From Candidatus Eiseniibacteriota bacterium (GTDB taxonomy: Bacteria > Eisenbacteria > RBG-16-71-46 > CAIMUX01 > VGJL01), in NCBI GenBank assembly GCA_963792585.1, contig CAWBWI010000003.1, positions 896,001 to 960,000 of the forward strand: a stretch of DNA of 64,000 nucleotides, written 5' to 3'. Below, in pieces: positions 8,873 to 17,682 of the stretch. The notes beneath the pieces are model-generated. The model saw only the letters and a program-made list of their open reading frames with translations. It was not told where the DNA came from and ran no database searches. The translations under genes and the position numbers were made by a program. Numbering within the stretch: position 1 is the stretch's first letter; each line of letters begins with the position of its first letter.

Positions 8873-10240
8873 ATGCCGACGATTCTCTGTATTGACGAAG
8901 AGCCCGCGACCGGTGTGATGCTCGAGGACGCCCTGGGCCGCATCGGCCATCAGGCCATCGTCGCATCCAGCTTCAAGGAGGGGTTGAGCGCTCTCAACCG
9001 GGAGCCGATCGACCTCATCATCTCCGACCACCGCGTGTCGGACGGCTCGGGACGCGACCTGCTCGACCACCTCCGCGAAGAGGGGCACGACATCCCGGTC
9101 ATCATCACGACCGGGTACGCCAGCGTGGAAAGCGCGGTTCTCTCCATGCGCCGCGGGGCGGCCGACTATCTTACGAAGCCCTTCCGCTTCGAGGCGCTTC
9201 GGATCGCGGTCAACAACGCCCTCGAGGTCTGCAAACTGCGCCGCGACAACGAGGGCTTCCAGAAGGAGATCAGCTTCCGGCGGGCGATCGTCGGCCAGAG
9301 CAACCGCGTGCGGTCGCTCATGGAGACGATCGCCGCAGTGGCCCCGACGCGGGCGACGGTCCTCCTCGAAGGCGAGTCGGGGACCGGCAAGGAACTGCTC
9401 GCGCGGGCGATCCACGAGCAGAGCCCTCGATCCGCTCAGCCCTATGTCACGATCAATTGCGCCGCCCTTCCGGAAGGACTGGTCGAGAGCACTCTTTTCG
9501 GCCACGAGCGGGGATCGTTCACCGGCGCCACCACGCGTTCGATCGGCGCCTTCGAGCGGGCCCATCGCGGCACGCTCGTCCTCGACGAAATATCCGAGAT
9601 GCGACTCGACTTGCAGGCGAAGCTGTTGCGGGTCGTGCAGGAACAGGAGTTCGAGCGGGTAGGCGGCGGGCAGCGGGTGAAAGTCGATGTGAGGCTGATC
9701 GCCACGACGAACCGCAACCTCGAGGAAGAGGTCGAGGCGGGACGCTTCCGGCGGGACCTCTACTATCGTCTGAGCGTCGTTCCGATCCGTACCCCCCCGC
9801 TGCGGGAGAGGCTCGAGGACGTGCCGCTGCTCGTGCAACATTTCGTGGATCAGTACGCGAAGGAGTTGGGGCTGAAGAAGCCCGAAATCCTCCCCGAAGC
9901 GATCGGGCAGCTGATGCAACGCTCCTGGCCCGGAAACATCCGGGAGCTGGAGAACGCGATCGGGCGCGCCATGATATTGAGCCGCGACAACCGCCTCACG
10001 TCCGCTTCGTTCGACGGGGCGGGGATCGGATCGGTTCCGGGTTCGGCGGCATCCGGCGAGGCTCCGTTGTCCAGGAGCCCGAAGACCCTCAATCTGAAGG
10101 TGCTCGAGAAGGCCGTGATCGAGATGGCGCTCGCGCAGACCGGGGGACACCGAGTCCGGGCTGCCCAGCTTCTCGGCATCAGCGAGCGAACGCTGCGCAA
10201 CAAACTCAATGGGCGCAACGGCGATGGCGAAGGCGTTTGA
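8873..10240 (+). CDS. Sigma54-dependent NtrC-family response regulator (REC-AAA+-HTH), probable flagellar activator
   Basis: GESGTGKE, LFGHERGSFTGA, WPGNIRELEN, C-terminal Fis-type HTH. Confidence 0.95.
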   Translation: MPTILCIDEEPATGVMLEDALGRIGHQAIVASSFKEGLSALNREPIDLIISDHRVSDGSGRDLLDHLREEGHDIPVIITTGYASVESAVLSMRRGAADYLTKPFRFEALRIAVNNALEVCKLRRDNEGFQKEISFRRAIVGQSNRVRSLMETIAAVAPTRATVLLEGESGTGKELLARAIHEQSPRSAQPYVTINCAALPEGLVESTLFGHERGSFTGATTRSIGAFERAHRGTLVLDEISEMRLDLQAKLLRVVQEQEFERVGGGQRVKVDVRLIATTNRNLEEEVEAGRFRRDLYYRLSVVPIRTPPLRERLEDVPLLVQHFVDQYAKELGLKKPEILPEAIGQLMQRSWPGNIRELENAIGRAMILSRDNRLTSASFDGAGIGSVPGSAASGEAPLSRSPKTLNLKVLEKAVIEMALAQTGGHRVRAAQLLGISERTLRNKLNGRNGDGEGV

Positions 10241-11120
10241 ATTTCGTCTGACCAGGACAGCCCGCCAGGAACCGGGGTTGCTAGCGATCCTCCTGAGGAC
10301 GATCGAGGAGGCCGGCCGGCTTCCGATGTCCGCTTGGCGCCTGGTCCACGCGGTCGAGGATGCTCGAGACTCGGCCGATAGCGTGGCCGAGATCCTGGAA
10401 GACGATCTCCTCGTCTCGAGGCGCGTCATGCGTCTGGCCAACGGAGCGCAGCACGCGCAGCTCGGCCCCGTGGGCAGCCTGAACGAAGCCGTCTACCGGC
10501 TCGGCTCGACCACGATCCTGAACATGGCCTTCACCGACCACCTTCGGAAGCTCCAGGAATCAGCGACGATCTACCGGATCTCCAGTGCCGACATCGGACG
10601 GCACGGGGACGCGACCGGCGTCGTGGCGAGCATGATCGCACGTTACGTGCCCGACGTTGGAATCTCTCGCACCGTGGGCGTGGCCGGAATGATGCACGAC
10701 GTCGGCAAGGTGATGATCGCGCGGTGCATGGAGACCGCCGGCCCGGGCCGGCTGAAGGAGTTGGGGACGCCCGCGCCCCTATTCGCGGACATCGAGCGGG
10801 ACGTCGTCGGCCTCGATCATGCGGAGGCCGGCGCGCTGCTCGCACGCCGCTGGGGATTGCCCGGCGTGATCGCGATCGCGATCCAGGATCATCATCGGCT
10901 CGGCAGCGAGAACCGTGACCCGACCGCCGTCGCCGTGGCGCTCGCGAACGTCATCGCCAAGAGCATCGGTTTCGGCCCGCCGCCGGACGGGCGCGAGGTG
11001 CGACGGTGCCTGGTGTTGCAGAAGCAGATCGGGCTCGACCGCGACGATTTCTACCGGATCCGCGCCGACGCATCCAGACGCCTGCACGTGAGCCGCGGAG
11101 GCGCCGACCGCCCCGCGTAG
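10224..11120 (+). CDS. HDOD domain protein
   Basis: VMRLANGA, EAVYRLG, GMMHDVGK, DHAEAGALLARRWGLP, DHH. Confidence 0.9.
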   Translation: MAKAFEFRLTRTARQEPGLLAILLRTIEEAGRLPMSAWRLVHAVEDARDSADSVAEILEDDLLVSRRVMRLANGAQHAQLGPVGSLNEAVYRLGSTTILNMAFTDHLRKLQESATIYRISSADIGRHGDATGVVASMIARYVPDVGISRTVGVAGMMHDVGKVMIARCMETAGPGRLKELGTPAPLFADIERDVVGLDHAEAGALLARRWGLPGVIAIAIQDHHRLGSENRDPTAVAVALANVIAKSIGFGPPPDGREVRRCLVLQKQIGLDRDDFYRIRADASRRLHVSRGGADRPA

Positions 11121-11188
11121 ATCGCCGGCCCGCCCCGTCCGCGGGTCCCCTCAGTCCGTGAACGACTCGTGAACGACCTATCCGTGGA

Positions 11189-12265
11189 TCAGGACGTCGG
11201 CAGCCGCAGGATCTGTCCGGGCCGCAGGCGATAGTTCTTCGGCAGCGCATTGATCCGGCGCATCTCGCGCTCGGAGACGCCGAACTGCCTGGCGATGCCG
11301 CCGACCGTATCCCCGCGACGCATGCGGACGTGGGTTGGACGCGGGCTCTTGCGCGGGGCCTCGACGCCCCCGGGTTTCGCTCTTGCCGTCGCCGCGCGGG
11401 CGAGCGGCTTGTGGAACGCGAGCCGGCGCAGGGGGGTGGAATCGAGAGGCATCGATGGGGTGGGGGTCTCCTCGAAATCGTAGTGGGACGGATCCTTCGC
11501 GATCAGCGCGGCCGCGATCAACTGGGGGACGTAGTTCGACGTCTCCGGCGCGAGCAGGCTGGCGTCGGATAGCCGGAAGAAGTCGGTATCGAGACCAAGG
11601 GAATCTGCGTCGTCATCGTCCCCATTCGAAAGACCGAGCCCATCCGACCGGCGAAGCTGCTCGAGGCCCCGACTGACGCGGCCCGCACCGGCGTTGTAGG
11701 CCGCGGCCGCGAGGTAGATCGATCCGAACTGGTCCTTCAGGTCGGCCAGGTGGCGCACGGCGGCATCGGTCGCCTTGAAAGGATCCCGCCGCTCGTCCAC
11801 GCGGCCGTCGACCCGCAGGCCGTAGGCGCGCGCGGTCTCGGGCATGAACTGCCACATCCCGACGGCGCCTTTGCGGCTGACGGCAGTGTTCCGGAATCCG
11901 CTCTCGATCAAGGCGAGGTAGCCGAGATCGGACGGAAGTTCCGCCTTCGCCAGGCGATCGCGGATCATGGGGAGATAGGCCGAGCCACGAGTCAACCACC
12001 GCGTCATCGTGGCCCGACCCGGTCCCTGGAAGTAGCGGAGATAGGAAGCGACGCGCGGGTGATCGGCATACCGATCGAGATCCAACGATTCCGCCGGGTG
12101 CTGGGCGTCGATGCGGGCCTCGGCGGCTCGCAACGGCATCGGATCGGACGCTGGGAGCGAGTCCGCGGCGCCGGAGATCGCGATGACGCGGGACGGCGCA
12201 GCGATCGCTGCAGCCGCGATCATGGCCGCAATGAACGCGACGGGAATTGGACGGGACGTGTGCAT
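11189..12265 (-). CDS. Lytic transglycosylase (MltD-like SLT domain) with C-terminal LysM
   Basis: ALIESGF, GAVGMWQFMPETA, AAYNAG, ETSNYVPQ; LysM RRGDTVGGIARQFGVS; start uncertain. Confidence 0.92.
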   Translation of the reverse strand: MHTSRPIPVAFIAAMIAAAAIAAPSRVIAISGAADSLPASDPMPLRAAEARIDAQHPAESLDLDRYADHPRVASYLRYFQGPGRATMTRWLTRGSAYLPMIRDRLAKAELPSDLGYLALIESGFRNTAVSRKGAVGMWQFMPETARAYGLRVDGRVDERRDPFKATDAAVRHLADLKDQFGSIYLAAAAYNAGAGRVSRGLEQLRRSDGLGLSNGDDDDADSLGLDTDFFRLSDASLLAPETSNYVPQLIAAALIAKDPSHYDFEETPTPSMPLDSTPLRRLAFHKPLARAATARAKPGGVEAPRKSPRPTHVRMRRGDTVGGIARQFGVSEREMRRINALPKNYRLRPGQILRLPTS

Positions 12266-12278
12266 CTGCGACTGTGAG

Positions 12279-12295
12279 AGCATGGAACGTGCCAA
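12279..12295 (-). promoter_or_regulatory. Sigma54 promoter upstream of the transglycosylase
   Basis: TTGGCAC-GTTCC-ATGCT (GG-N10-GC). Confidence 0.7.
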
Positions 12296-12408
12296 GCGTG
12301 GAGACCCGTAACTTGAAGGAGTGCGGAGATCGCCCCATGCGCGCGCGACCGGGGGCGGCGGTGCTTGCCGGTCGTCCGGCGGAATCTGCCGACGTTCCCG
12401 AGGCTCCC

Positions 12409-14607
12409 CTAGCTCCCGGTCAGATATCTCCGGAGATCGACCGGGCGCATGATGCGCAGCGGCATTTGCGCCCAGGCCATGCGGCGTGTCGAGAGGTCGG
12501 TCACGATGACACCCAGGGCGTAGAGGCCGGGATCGAGTCCCGCCGTTTCGACGCGGATCGACCCGACACCGCGGCCCGACGGCGCGATCCTCACCTCGGA
12601 GACCGGGAAAAGAACGTCCGCATAGTTCTCGCGCGTCAACGTGACGCCTCCCAAGGAACGGCCGTAGCCGCCGAAGCGCGCCTCCGCTTGAACGCCGCCG
12701 GAGCCGGCCGCAGCTCGCCGCGCAAACTCCACGACGTACTCCCGCGGGAGCAGAACGTAGCGGGTCTGGTAGCGGGCGATATCGGCCGCGCCCGATTCCA
12801 GGTTGTAGATTTCGAAGGAGACGTCGGCGGGATCACCCAGGACGATCGCCCCGGTGGGGTTCGGCGTGAGAACCCCGCCGGGTGCCGGGCCCGCAGACGC
12901 CGGGGCGACTCCACCCATCGAGAGACGGACATCGCTGAGCTGCAGGGAGTCCCGCTGGAATGCTCGGACATCCATCGGCGTCGTGAAGGAGCCCTTTGCC
13001 TTCCTGCTGTCGAAGGCGATCTCGAGGGAATAACGCCCGGGATCGAGTCGGGACGTCGTCGTCAAGACGGCAAGAGAGGTCCCGGCCGCCGACGGTTGCA
13101 CGGCCGCCGGACCGAGCGAATCGGATCGCACGGTGAAACGCCGCGCCCGCGCGTCGACGATGCTGACGGAGTATGTCGCGTCCCGCCACCAGGCCGGGTC
13201 CGAACTCCAGGGCGGGATCGCGAAATCGATCAGCTGCCGCGTTCCCGAGCGATCGCCGTCCCGCACCCCGGCGGTCGCGATGAAGCAACGCTTCACTGCT
13301 CCCGCGTACGCGTCCATCGGGACGAATGGGATCGTCTCGATGGTCGTTCTGTAGGCATCCGGTTCGGCCGGGGTGAAGTGATCGTGCAAATCGGCGTCGA
13401 CGAAATCGAAGCGGAGGTCTGCGCCCCCCAGAGCGTAGTGCCACGTCTGCGTCGGGTAGCTCAAGTCCATCGCCATGGTCACCGGCATCTTCATTTTCCG
13501 CATCTCGAGCTTCACGTCGATCGGCACACTCGCGTTTCCGAGCGTCCACTGCGCAAGATCGGTCGTTGCCACATGGGGAACGCCGTAGCGGACGAGGATC
13601 TCCCCGCGCGGCGTCTGCCATCCGCGCGTTCCCGCCACGAGGTCTCCGTAGAGGACGTCGGCCAGGGTGAGGCGCTTCCAGTATTCCAGAAGGACCTCGT
13701 TGATCGGGGACAGCGGTGTGGGATCCAGGCCGTCCCAGTAGGTCGAGATGGCGCGAACCCTCGCCGTTTCGGGGAGGGACCCGATGCGCGTCATCACGGA
13801 CTCGGGCGCGCTGTAGGTCGGAAGGTAGTAGGCGACCTTCGTCTCATCGGTCGCGTTCAGGATCCCGAGACGAAAGCAGTAGTCCGCCTCCACGACGTCG
13901 CCGAGATCGAGGCACTGAACCCCGTTGAGCAGGCAGGCGGGAACGTCCGACGCATTTCTTGCGAGGATCGTCTCGGTGCATGCGCGGGCGGCCATGCTCT
14001 TCTCCAACCGCCCCGAGGCGACGAGGTTGTGTGAGATGCAGAGAAAGAGCGACTCGAGGTAGAGGATGTCCCGGTTCGAAGCAGCCTCGCCCCGCGCCCC
14101 ACGAAGAATTTCCAACGCCTCTTGCGCAATCGCATCGTCGTTGTATCGCACCGCGCTCGGAAGCAAGAGGCGTGCGCTGAGCACGCGGATGGTCGGGTCG
14201 TCCGGATTTCTGTCGATGGCCCGCTGGAAGCTCCGCCGCGCCATGTCGCGGCTGCCGCCCTCCAGCAGGGTGCGGCCCAGCTCGAGATGGTAGCGGGGCT
14301 CGTTGAAGTACCGGTGGCGGACTTTCTCGAACAGATCCTGGGCTCGCCGGCGCCCATCGACCGTTCCCGTGTTGCGATAGGCGATCGCAAGGAGGAACCG
14401 GACGGAGTCCGGATTGTCCGTGCCCTGAAGATCCTCGCGGAGTTGCCGGACGGTCGGCATCTCATCGAGGCGATCGGCGGCGAGCGATGCGGCTGGAGGG
14501 ATCAATCCGGCCCCGAGGAAGGCGGCGACGAGGAAGGGGGGGCGCAGGGAACGGCGACGGTCCAGGGTCGTCCCCGTGCGAAACGGTGAGTGTCTTCCAG
14601 CATTCAT
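12409..14607 (-). CDS. GWxTD-domain protein with N-terminal TPR repeats, secreted
   Basis: Hydrophobic signal; TPR-like helices; YWDGLDPTP...NE...EYWKR...GWQTPRGEILVRYGVP. Confidence 0.85.
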   Translation of the reverse strand: MNAGRHSPFRTGTTLDRRRSLRPPFLVAAFLGAGLIPPAASLAADRLDEMPTVRQLREDLQGTDNPDSVRFLLAIAYRNTGTVDGRRRAQDLFEKVRHRYFNEPRYHLELGRTLLEGGSRDMARRSFQRAIDRNPDDPTIRVLSARLLLPSAVRYNDDAIAQEALEILRGARGEAASNRDILYLESLFLCISHNLVASGRLEKSMAARACTETILARNASDVPACLLNGVQCLDLGDVVEADYCFRLGILNATDETKVAYYLPTYSAPESVMTRIGSLPETARVRAISTYWDGLDPTPLSPINEVLLEYWKRLTLADVLYGDLVAGTRGWQTPRGEILVRYGVPHVATTDLAQWTLGNASVPIDVKLEMRKMKMPVTMAMDLSYPTQTWHYALGGADLRFDFVDADLHDHFTPAEPDAYRTTIETIPFVPMDAYAGAVKRCFIATAGVRDGDRSGTRQLIDFAIPPWSSDPAWWRDATYSVSIVDARARRFTVRSDSLGPAAVQPSAAGTSLAVLTTTSRLDPGRYSLEIAFDSRKAKGSFTTPMDVRAFQRDSLQLSDVRLSMGGVAPASAGPAPGGVLTPNPTGAIVLGDPADVSFEIYNLESGAADIARYQTRYVLLPREYVVEFARRAAAGSGGVQAEARFGGYGRSLGGVTLTRENYADVLFPVSEVRIAPSGRGVGSIRVETAGLDPGLYALGVIVTDLSTRRMAWAQMPLRIMRPVDLRRYLTGS

Positions 14608-14824
14608 CCGAGCCTCCAGGCCCGCGAGCCTGACATCCCCGGCTGGACGCAATGAGTATCGCCCGGTTGCGCTTCGAATCCAGACTTATCATCAGAAGCG
14701 GTTGGCCTAGTCTTGAATCCGAGCGAGTCATCTCAAGTGAATCTTCGTCCACGGGAGGCGTTGATCGTCTCCCGGCCATCGCGTTTCTGTCGACCTTCGC
14801 CGCCACTTTGCTGCGGCTCGCCCG

Positions 14825-17398
14825 CTATTCCCCGGCACCCTCCCGCGGCGCCGCATCGAACGGCCCCTTCACCAGCCTGTTGCCCTTGTAGATCAACAGA
14901 GGCGGACCCTCCCGCCGCAGTCCCAGCATGAACCGCAGCGCGTAAGGCGCGCGCCCGCCGATCGCCACGTACCCCGCATGGATCCCCCGGTGATGGTGCG
15001 TATGACAGACCACCGAGAGATTCTCCGCATCGTTCGTCCCCCCCTGCGAGCGGGGACGGTTGTGGCTCGTCTCCAGATGACTGCGACTCGTGCAACCGGG
15101 GATCACACAGCGATAGTGGTCCCGCTTCAGGATCTTCGAGCGCACCGGACGCCGCTCCGGGTCCTGCTGCTCCCAGATCTCCGTCACCTGCGCGAACAAC
15201 ACCGTCATCGCAGCCCACATCGGGATCCACGGCCGCTCCTGTTTCCGATATCGGTTCATTACGTTCGATAAATCTCCCGCAACCGTCAGCGGCGCCCAGA
15301 AACGGATCGTCACCTCCCGCCTCGCAGCGGCGGACGTTTGCCGGTCCGCATCTCCCGTCGCCGGCACGTCGTCCCACTGCCGCAACGCCAGCAGATGCAC
15401 CAGCATCTCCAACCGATCCATGAGGATCGGATTCTCGGCAGGATCGCCGGATCCACCCGGAGGCAGCGGCGGGATCCCGTGCTGGAAGAGCGCGATCTCG
15501 ATCGATTCCCGGTCCCCTCCCAGGGCCGCGATCAACGCCTCCTCCACCCGCGCCTGCGGGAACGGTTTATCCGCCACGCGCCCCAGATCGCATTTCCTCA
15601 GCAGCTCCAGCAACCGGGACTCGCGCTGGAACTGCCGCCAGGTCACCTCCCGCGCCCGCGCGACGAACGGCCGGCGGGAGAACGAGGAGGACAGCCGTCG
15701 GATCAGGTGCGCCTGCATGATCGAGATCTCCCCCGCCGCGAATGCTCTGGCAATCTCCTCGTCGCTCTCGAAAAGCAGCGACTCGGCCACCCGGTTACGC
15801 GCCGAGCGCTCGGAGAGGCGCAGGCGATCCTCCACCAGTTCGGCCATCGAGCGGTAGCCGAGCAGGTCCATCGCCTGGGTGCGCCTCAGATCCCGCAGCA
15901 GGCGGGCGAAGAGGACCTTCTGCGGGGCCCGCAGGAGGTGGATCTGCCGGAGCGAAGAGAGCGCATCGTGGGGGGACTTCGGCTCATGAGGCTCGATCAG
16001 ATCGGCCACGTCCTTGATGTAGGCCCGCACCTGGGTGAGCGTCTCCCGGGCATGGGCGATCGCTTCCTCCCGGTGCGGGACGTTGTCCCGGGGAATGATC
16101 GGAATCGACCGCCGCTCGGGATACCGCAGCGGCTCCTGTTGCGGACCGATCCCCAGCCAGTCGGTTTCCAGCAGCATGGCCTCGAAGCATTCGTAGATCG
16201 GGGCATCGCGCCCGAGCACCTTGCGCGCGAGCTCCATCATCTGTTCGAAGACGACCTGGAAGCCCGCGGGTGCCGTGAAGGAGATCGTGCGGCCCTCGGG
16301 CTCATCCGGGTGTTCCTCCCGGTGGCGGGCCCGATCGCGTTCGGACTTCTCCTTCAGGACCTGACGCGCCTGGAAGCGCAGCTCGCGGACGGAGAGGTGG
16401 GAGGTCGCCGATGCCCAGTCGAAGTCGGGGTCGGGGTGGGGGCGTGTCCCCTGCGAGGCAGGGCTCGTGGTCTCGGTCGCGTCCGCGGCCGAAGCCGCCG
16501 ATGCGGCCGCAGACGCTGCCGCGGGCGCGGCAGCTGCCGCTGTTGCAGAAGCCTCGGCCACTGCCGCCGCTGCCACGGCGGCCTCCCATTCCGCCAGGAA
16601 GGGCGCGACGGCGAGCGCCTGGCAGGCCGTCATCTTCCCGGCCAAGAACGCGCGCTCCATCGCCGGATGGCGCAGGAAGATGCGGTGCAGCGCGAGGCGC
16701 TCGCGCACCGTGCGCGGGCGGATTCCCACCACCTCGAGGGCGAGGCTGCTCAGGGATGCGAAGCCGCATTGTTCCACCCGATTGCCTTCGGCGAGCCAGG
16801 CGAGGATGGAGGCCTGGGCGCGCAGGAGTTGCGCTTCGGTCGCCCGCGTGGCGATCGCCAGGGCGAGGGTTTCTTCGGCGAGGAGACCGAGCTCGGTGAT
16901 CGGCGTGCCCAGACGGTCACCGCGCTCGGAGCCGGGCGTCGAGGGCGCGGAGTTCTTGCTGTCCGCGCGTTGGGACTTCTTGCCGTCCGTGCGTTTGGAC
17001 TTCTTGGCGCCGCGCGACCGCTTCTCATCGTGCGATCGCTTCATGTCCGTCGATCTCTTGCCCGCACGCGATCCCTTCGCCGTCGACGACCGCTTCGCGT
17101 CGCCCAATCGTTTGCCGGCCCGGGACTTCCGTTCGTCCCGCGATCTCGTCCCGTCGCCCGATTCCAGCGAGTCGAGCCAGTCCTCCCAGGCACGCACCTC
17201 TGCCGCTTCGAGAGGGTCGACGTCGCCAAGCGACTCCCTCATATCGATCCCGTCCTCCCCACCACGCGCTTCGACCGCATCGCGCGAGTCTTCCTCGCCA
17301 CGCGATTCCACCGGGTCACGCGAGTCCGTCGATCCCCGTGACTCCTCCGCGCCGCGCGACTTCTTCCCGCCCGGCGATGTGCTTCCGTCGATTGACAT
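14825..17398 (-). CDS. HNH endonuclease with duplicated DUF222-like region and charged repetitive N-terminus
   Basis: C-terminal RDHYRCVIPGC...SHNRPRSQGGTND..NLSVVCHTHH; two related segments (GFASLSSLALEVVGI / GYRSMAELVEDRLRL); ATG 17398 downstream of a promoter. Confidence 0.85.
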   Translation of the reverse strand: MSIDGSTSPGGKKSRGAEESRGSTDSRDPVESRGEEDSRDAVEARGGEDGIDMRESLGDVDPLEAAEVRAWEDWLDSLESGDGTRSRDERKSRAGKRLGDAKRSSTAKGSRAGKRSTDMKRSHDEKRSRGAKKSKRTDGKKSQRADSKNSAPSTPGSERGDRLGTPITELGLLAEETLALAIATRATEAQLLRAQASILAWLAEGNRVEQCGFASLSSLALEVVGIRPRTVRERLALHRIFLRHPAMERAFLAGKMTACQALAVAPFLAEWEAAVAAAAVAEASATAAAAAPAAASAAASAASAADATETTSPASQGTRPHPDPDFDWASATSHLSVRELRFQARQVLKEKSERDRARHREEHPDEPEGRTISFTAPAGFQVVFEQMMELARKVLGRDAPIYECFEAMLLETDWLGIGPQQEPLRYPERRSIPIIPRDNVPHREEAIAHARETLTQVRAYIKDVADLIEPHEPKSPHDALSSLRQIHLLRAPQKVLFARLLRDLRRTQAMDLLGYRSMAELVEDRLRLSERSARNRVAESLLFESDEEIARAFAAGEISIMQAHLIRRLSSSFSRRPFVARAREVTWRQFQRESRLLELLRKCDLGRVADKPFPQARVEEALIAALGGDRESIEIALFQHGIPPLPPGGSGDPAENPILMDRLEMLVHLLALRQWDDVPATGDADRQTSAAARREVTIRFWAPLTVAGDLSNVMNRYRKQERPWIPMWAAMTVLFAQVTEIWEQQDPERRPVRSKILKRDHYRCVIPGCTSRSHLETSHNRPRSQGGTNDAENLSVVCHTHHHRGIHAGYVAIGGRAPYALRFMLGLRREGPPLLIYKGNRLVKGPFDAAPREGAGE

Positions 17399-17413
17399 GG
17401 GTTTTTGATAAAT

Positions 17414-17442
17414 ACCATACAAATGTACGTTCATGCAAGCAA
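17414..17442 (-). promoter_or_regulatory. Sigma70-like promoter of the HNH gene
   Basis: TTGCTT-N17-TATGGT within an AT-rich patch. Confidence 0.5.
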
Positions 17443-17457
17443 AAAGTTCCAAAGTAC

Positions 17458-17557
17458 GGCTGAGAAAATGGGTAGCAGATGAGTCTGAGGATATGGGCAA
17501 CGGATCAGTCTGGAGACATGGGTAACAGATCAGTCCGAGGACATGGGTAACAGCCTC
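17458..17557. repeat. Four tandem 25-bp repeats resembling an IS481-family terminal repeat array; no transposase nearby
   Basis: ggctgagaaaatgggtagcagatga / gtctgaggatatgggcaacggatca / gtctggagacatgggtaacagatca / gtccgaggacatgggtaacagcctc; fifth partial copy at about 17626-17644. Confidence 0.8.
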
Positions 17558-17682
17558 ACACTTCGAACGCCTCGATCCCAGACGTCCTGTCTCGGTGGAT
17601 GCTCAGCTTCTTGAAACGGCGGGCGGCCGAGGAGATGGGTAAAGGACTCCTTTAAACGTCGAGGATCGCGGTCGGCGGATGC

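Noticed and set aside
939..16500. Many long antisense or alternate-frame ORFs (e.g. 939-2456, 7570-8943, 8861-10441, 12247-14034, 15338-17341)
   Set aside because: They overlap well-supported genes and have the Arg/Gly/Ala-rich composition typical of GC shadow frames
17458..17557. CRISPR or TIGR-type guide array for the HNH nuclease
   Set aside because: Units are contiguous and differ only by point changes, with no unique spacers; no Nop or Cas domain recognised; an IS481-like end explains them better
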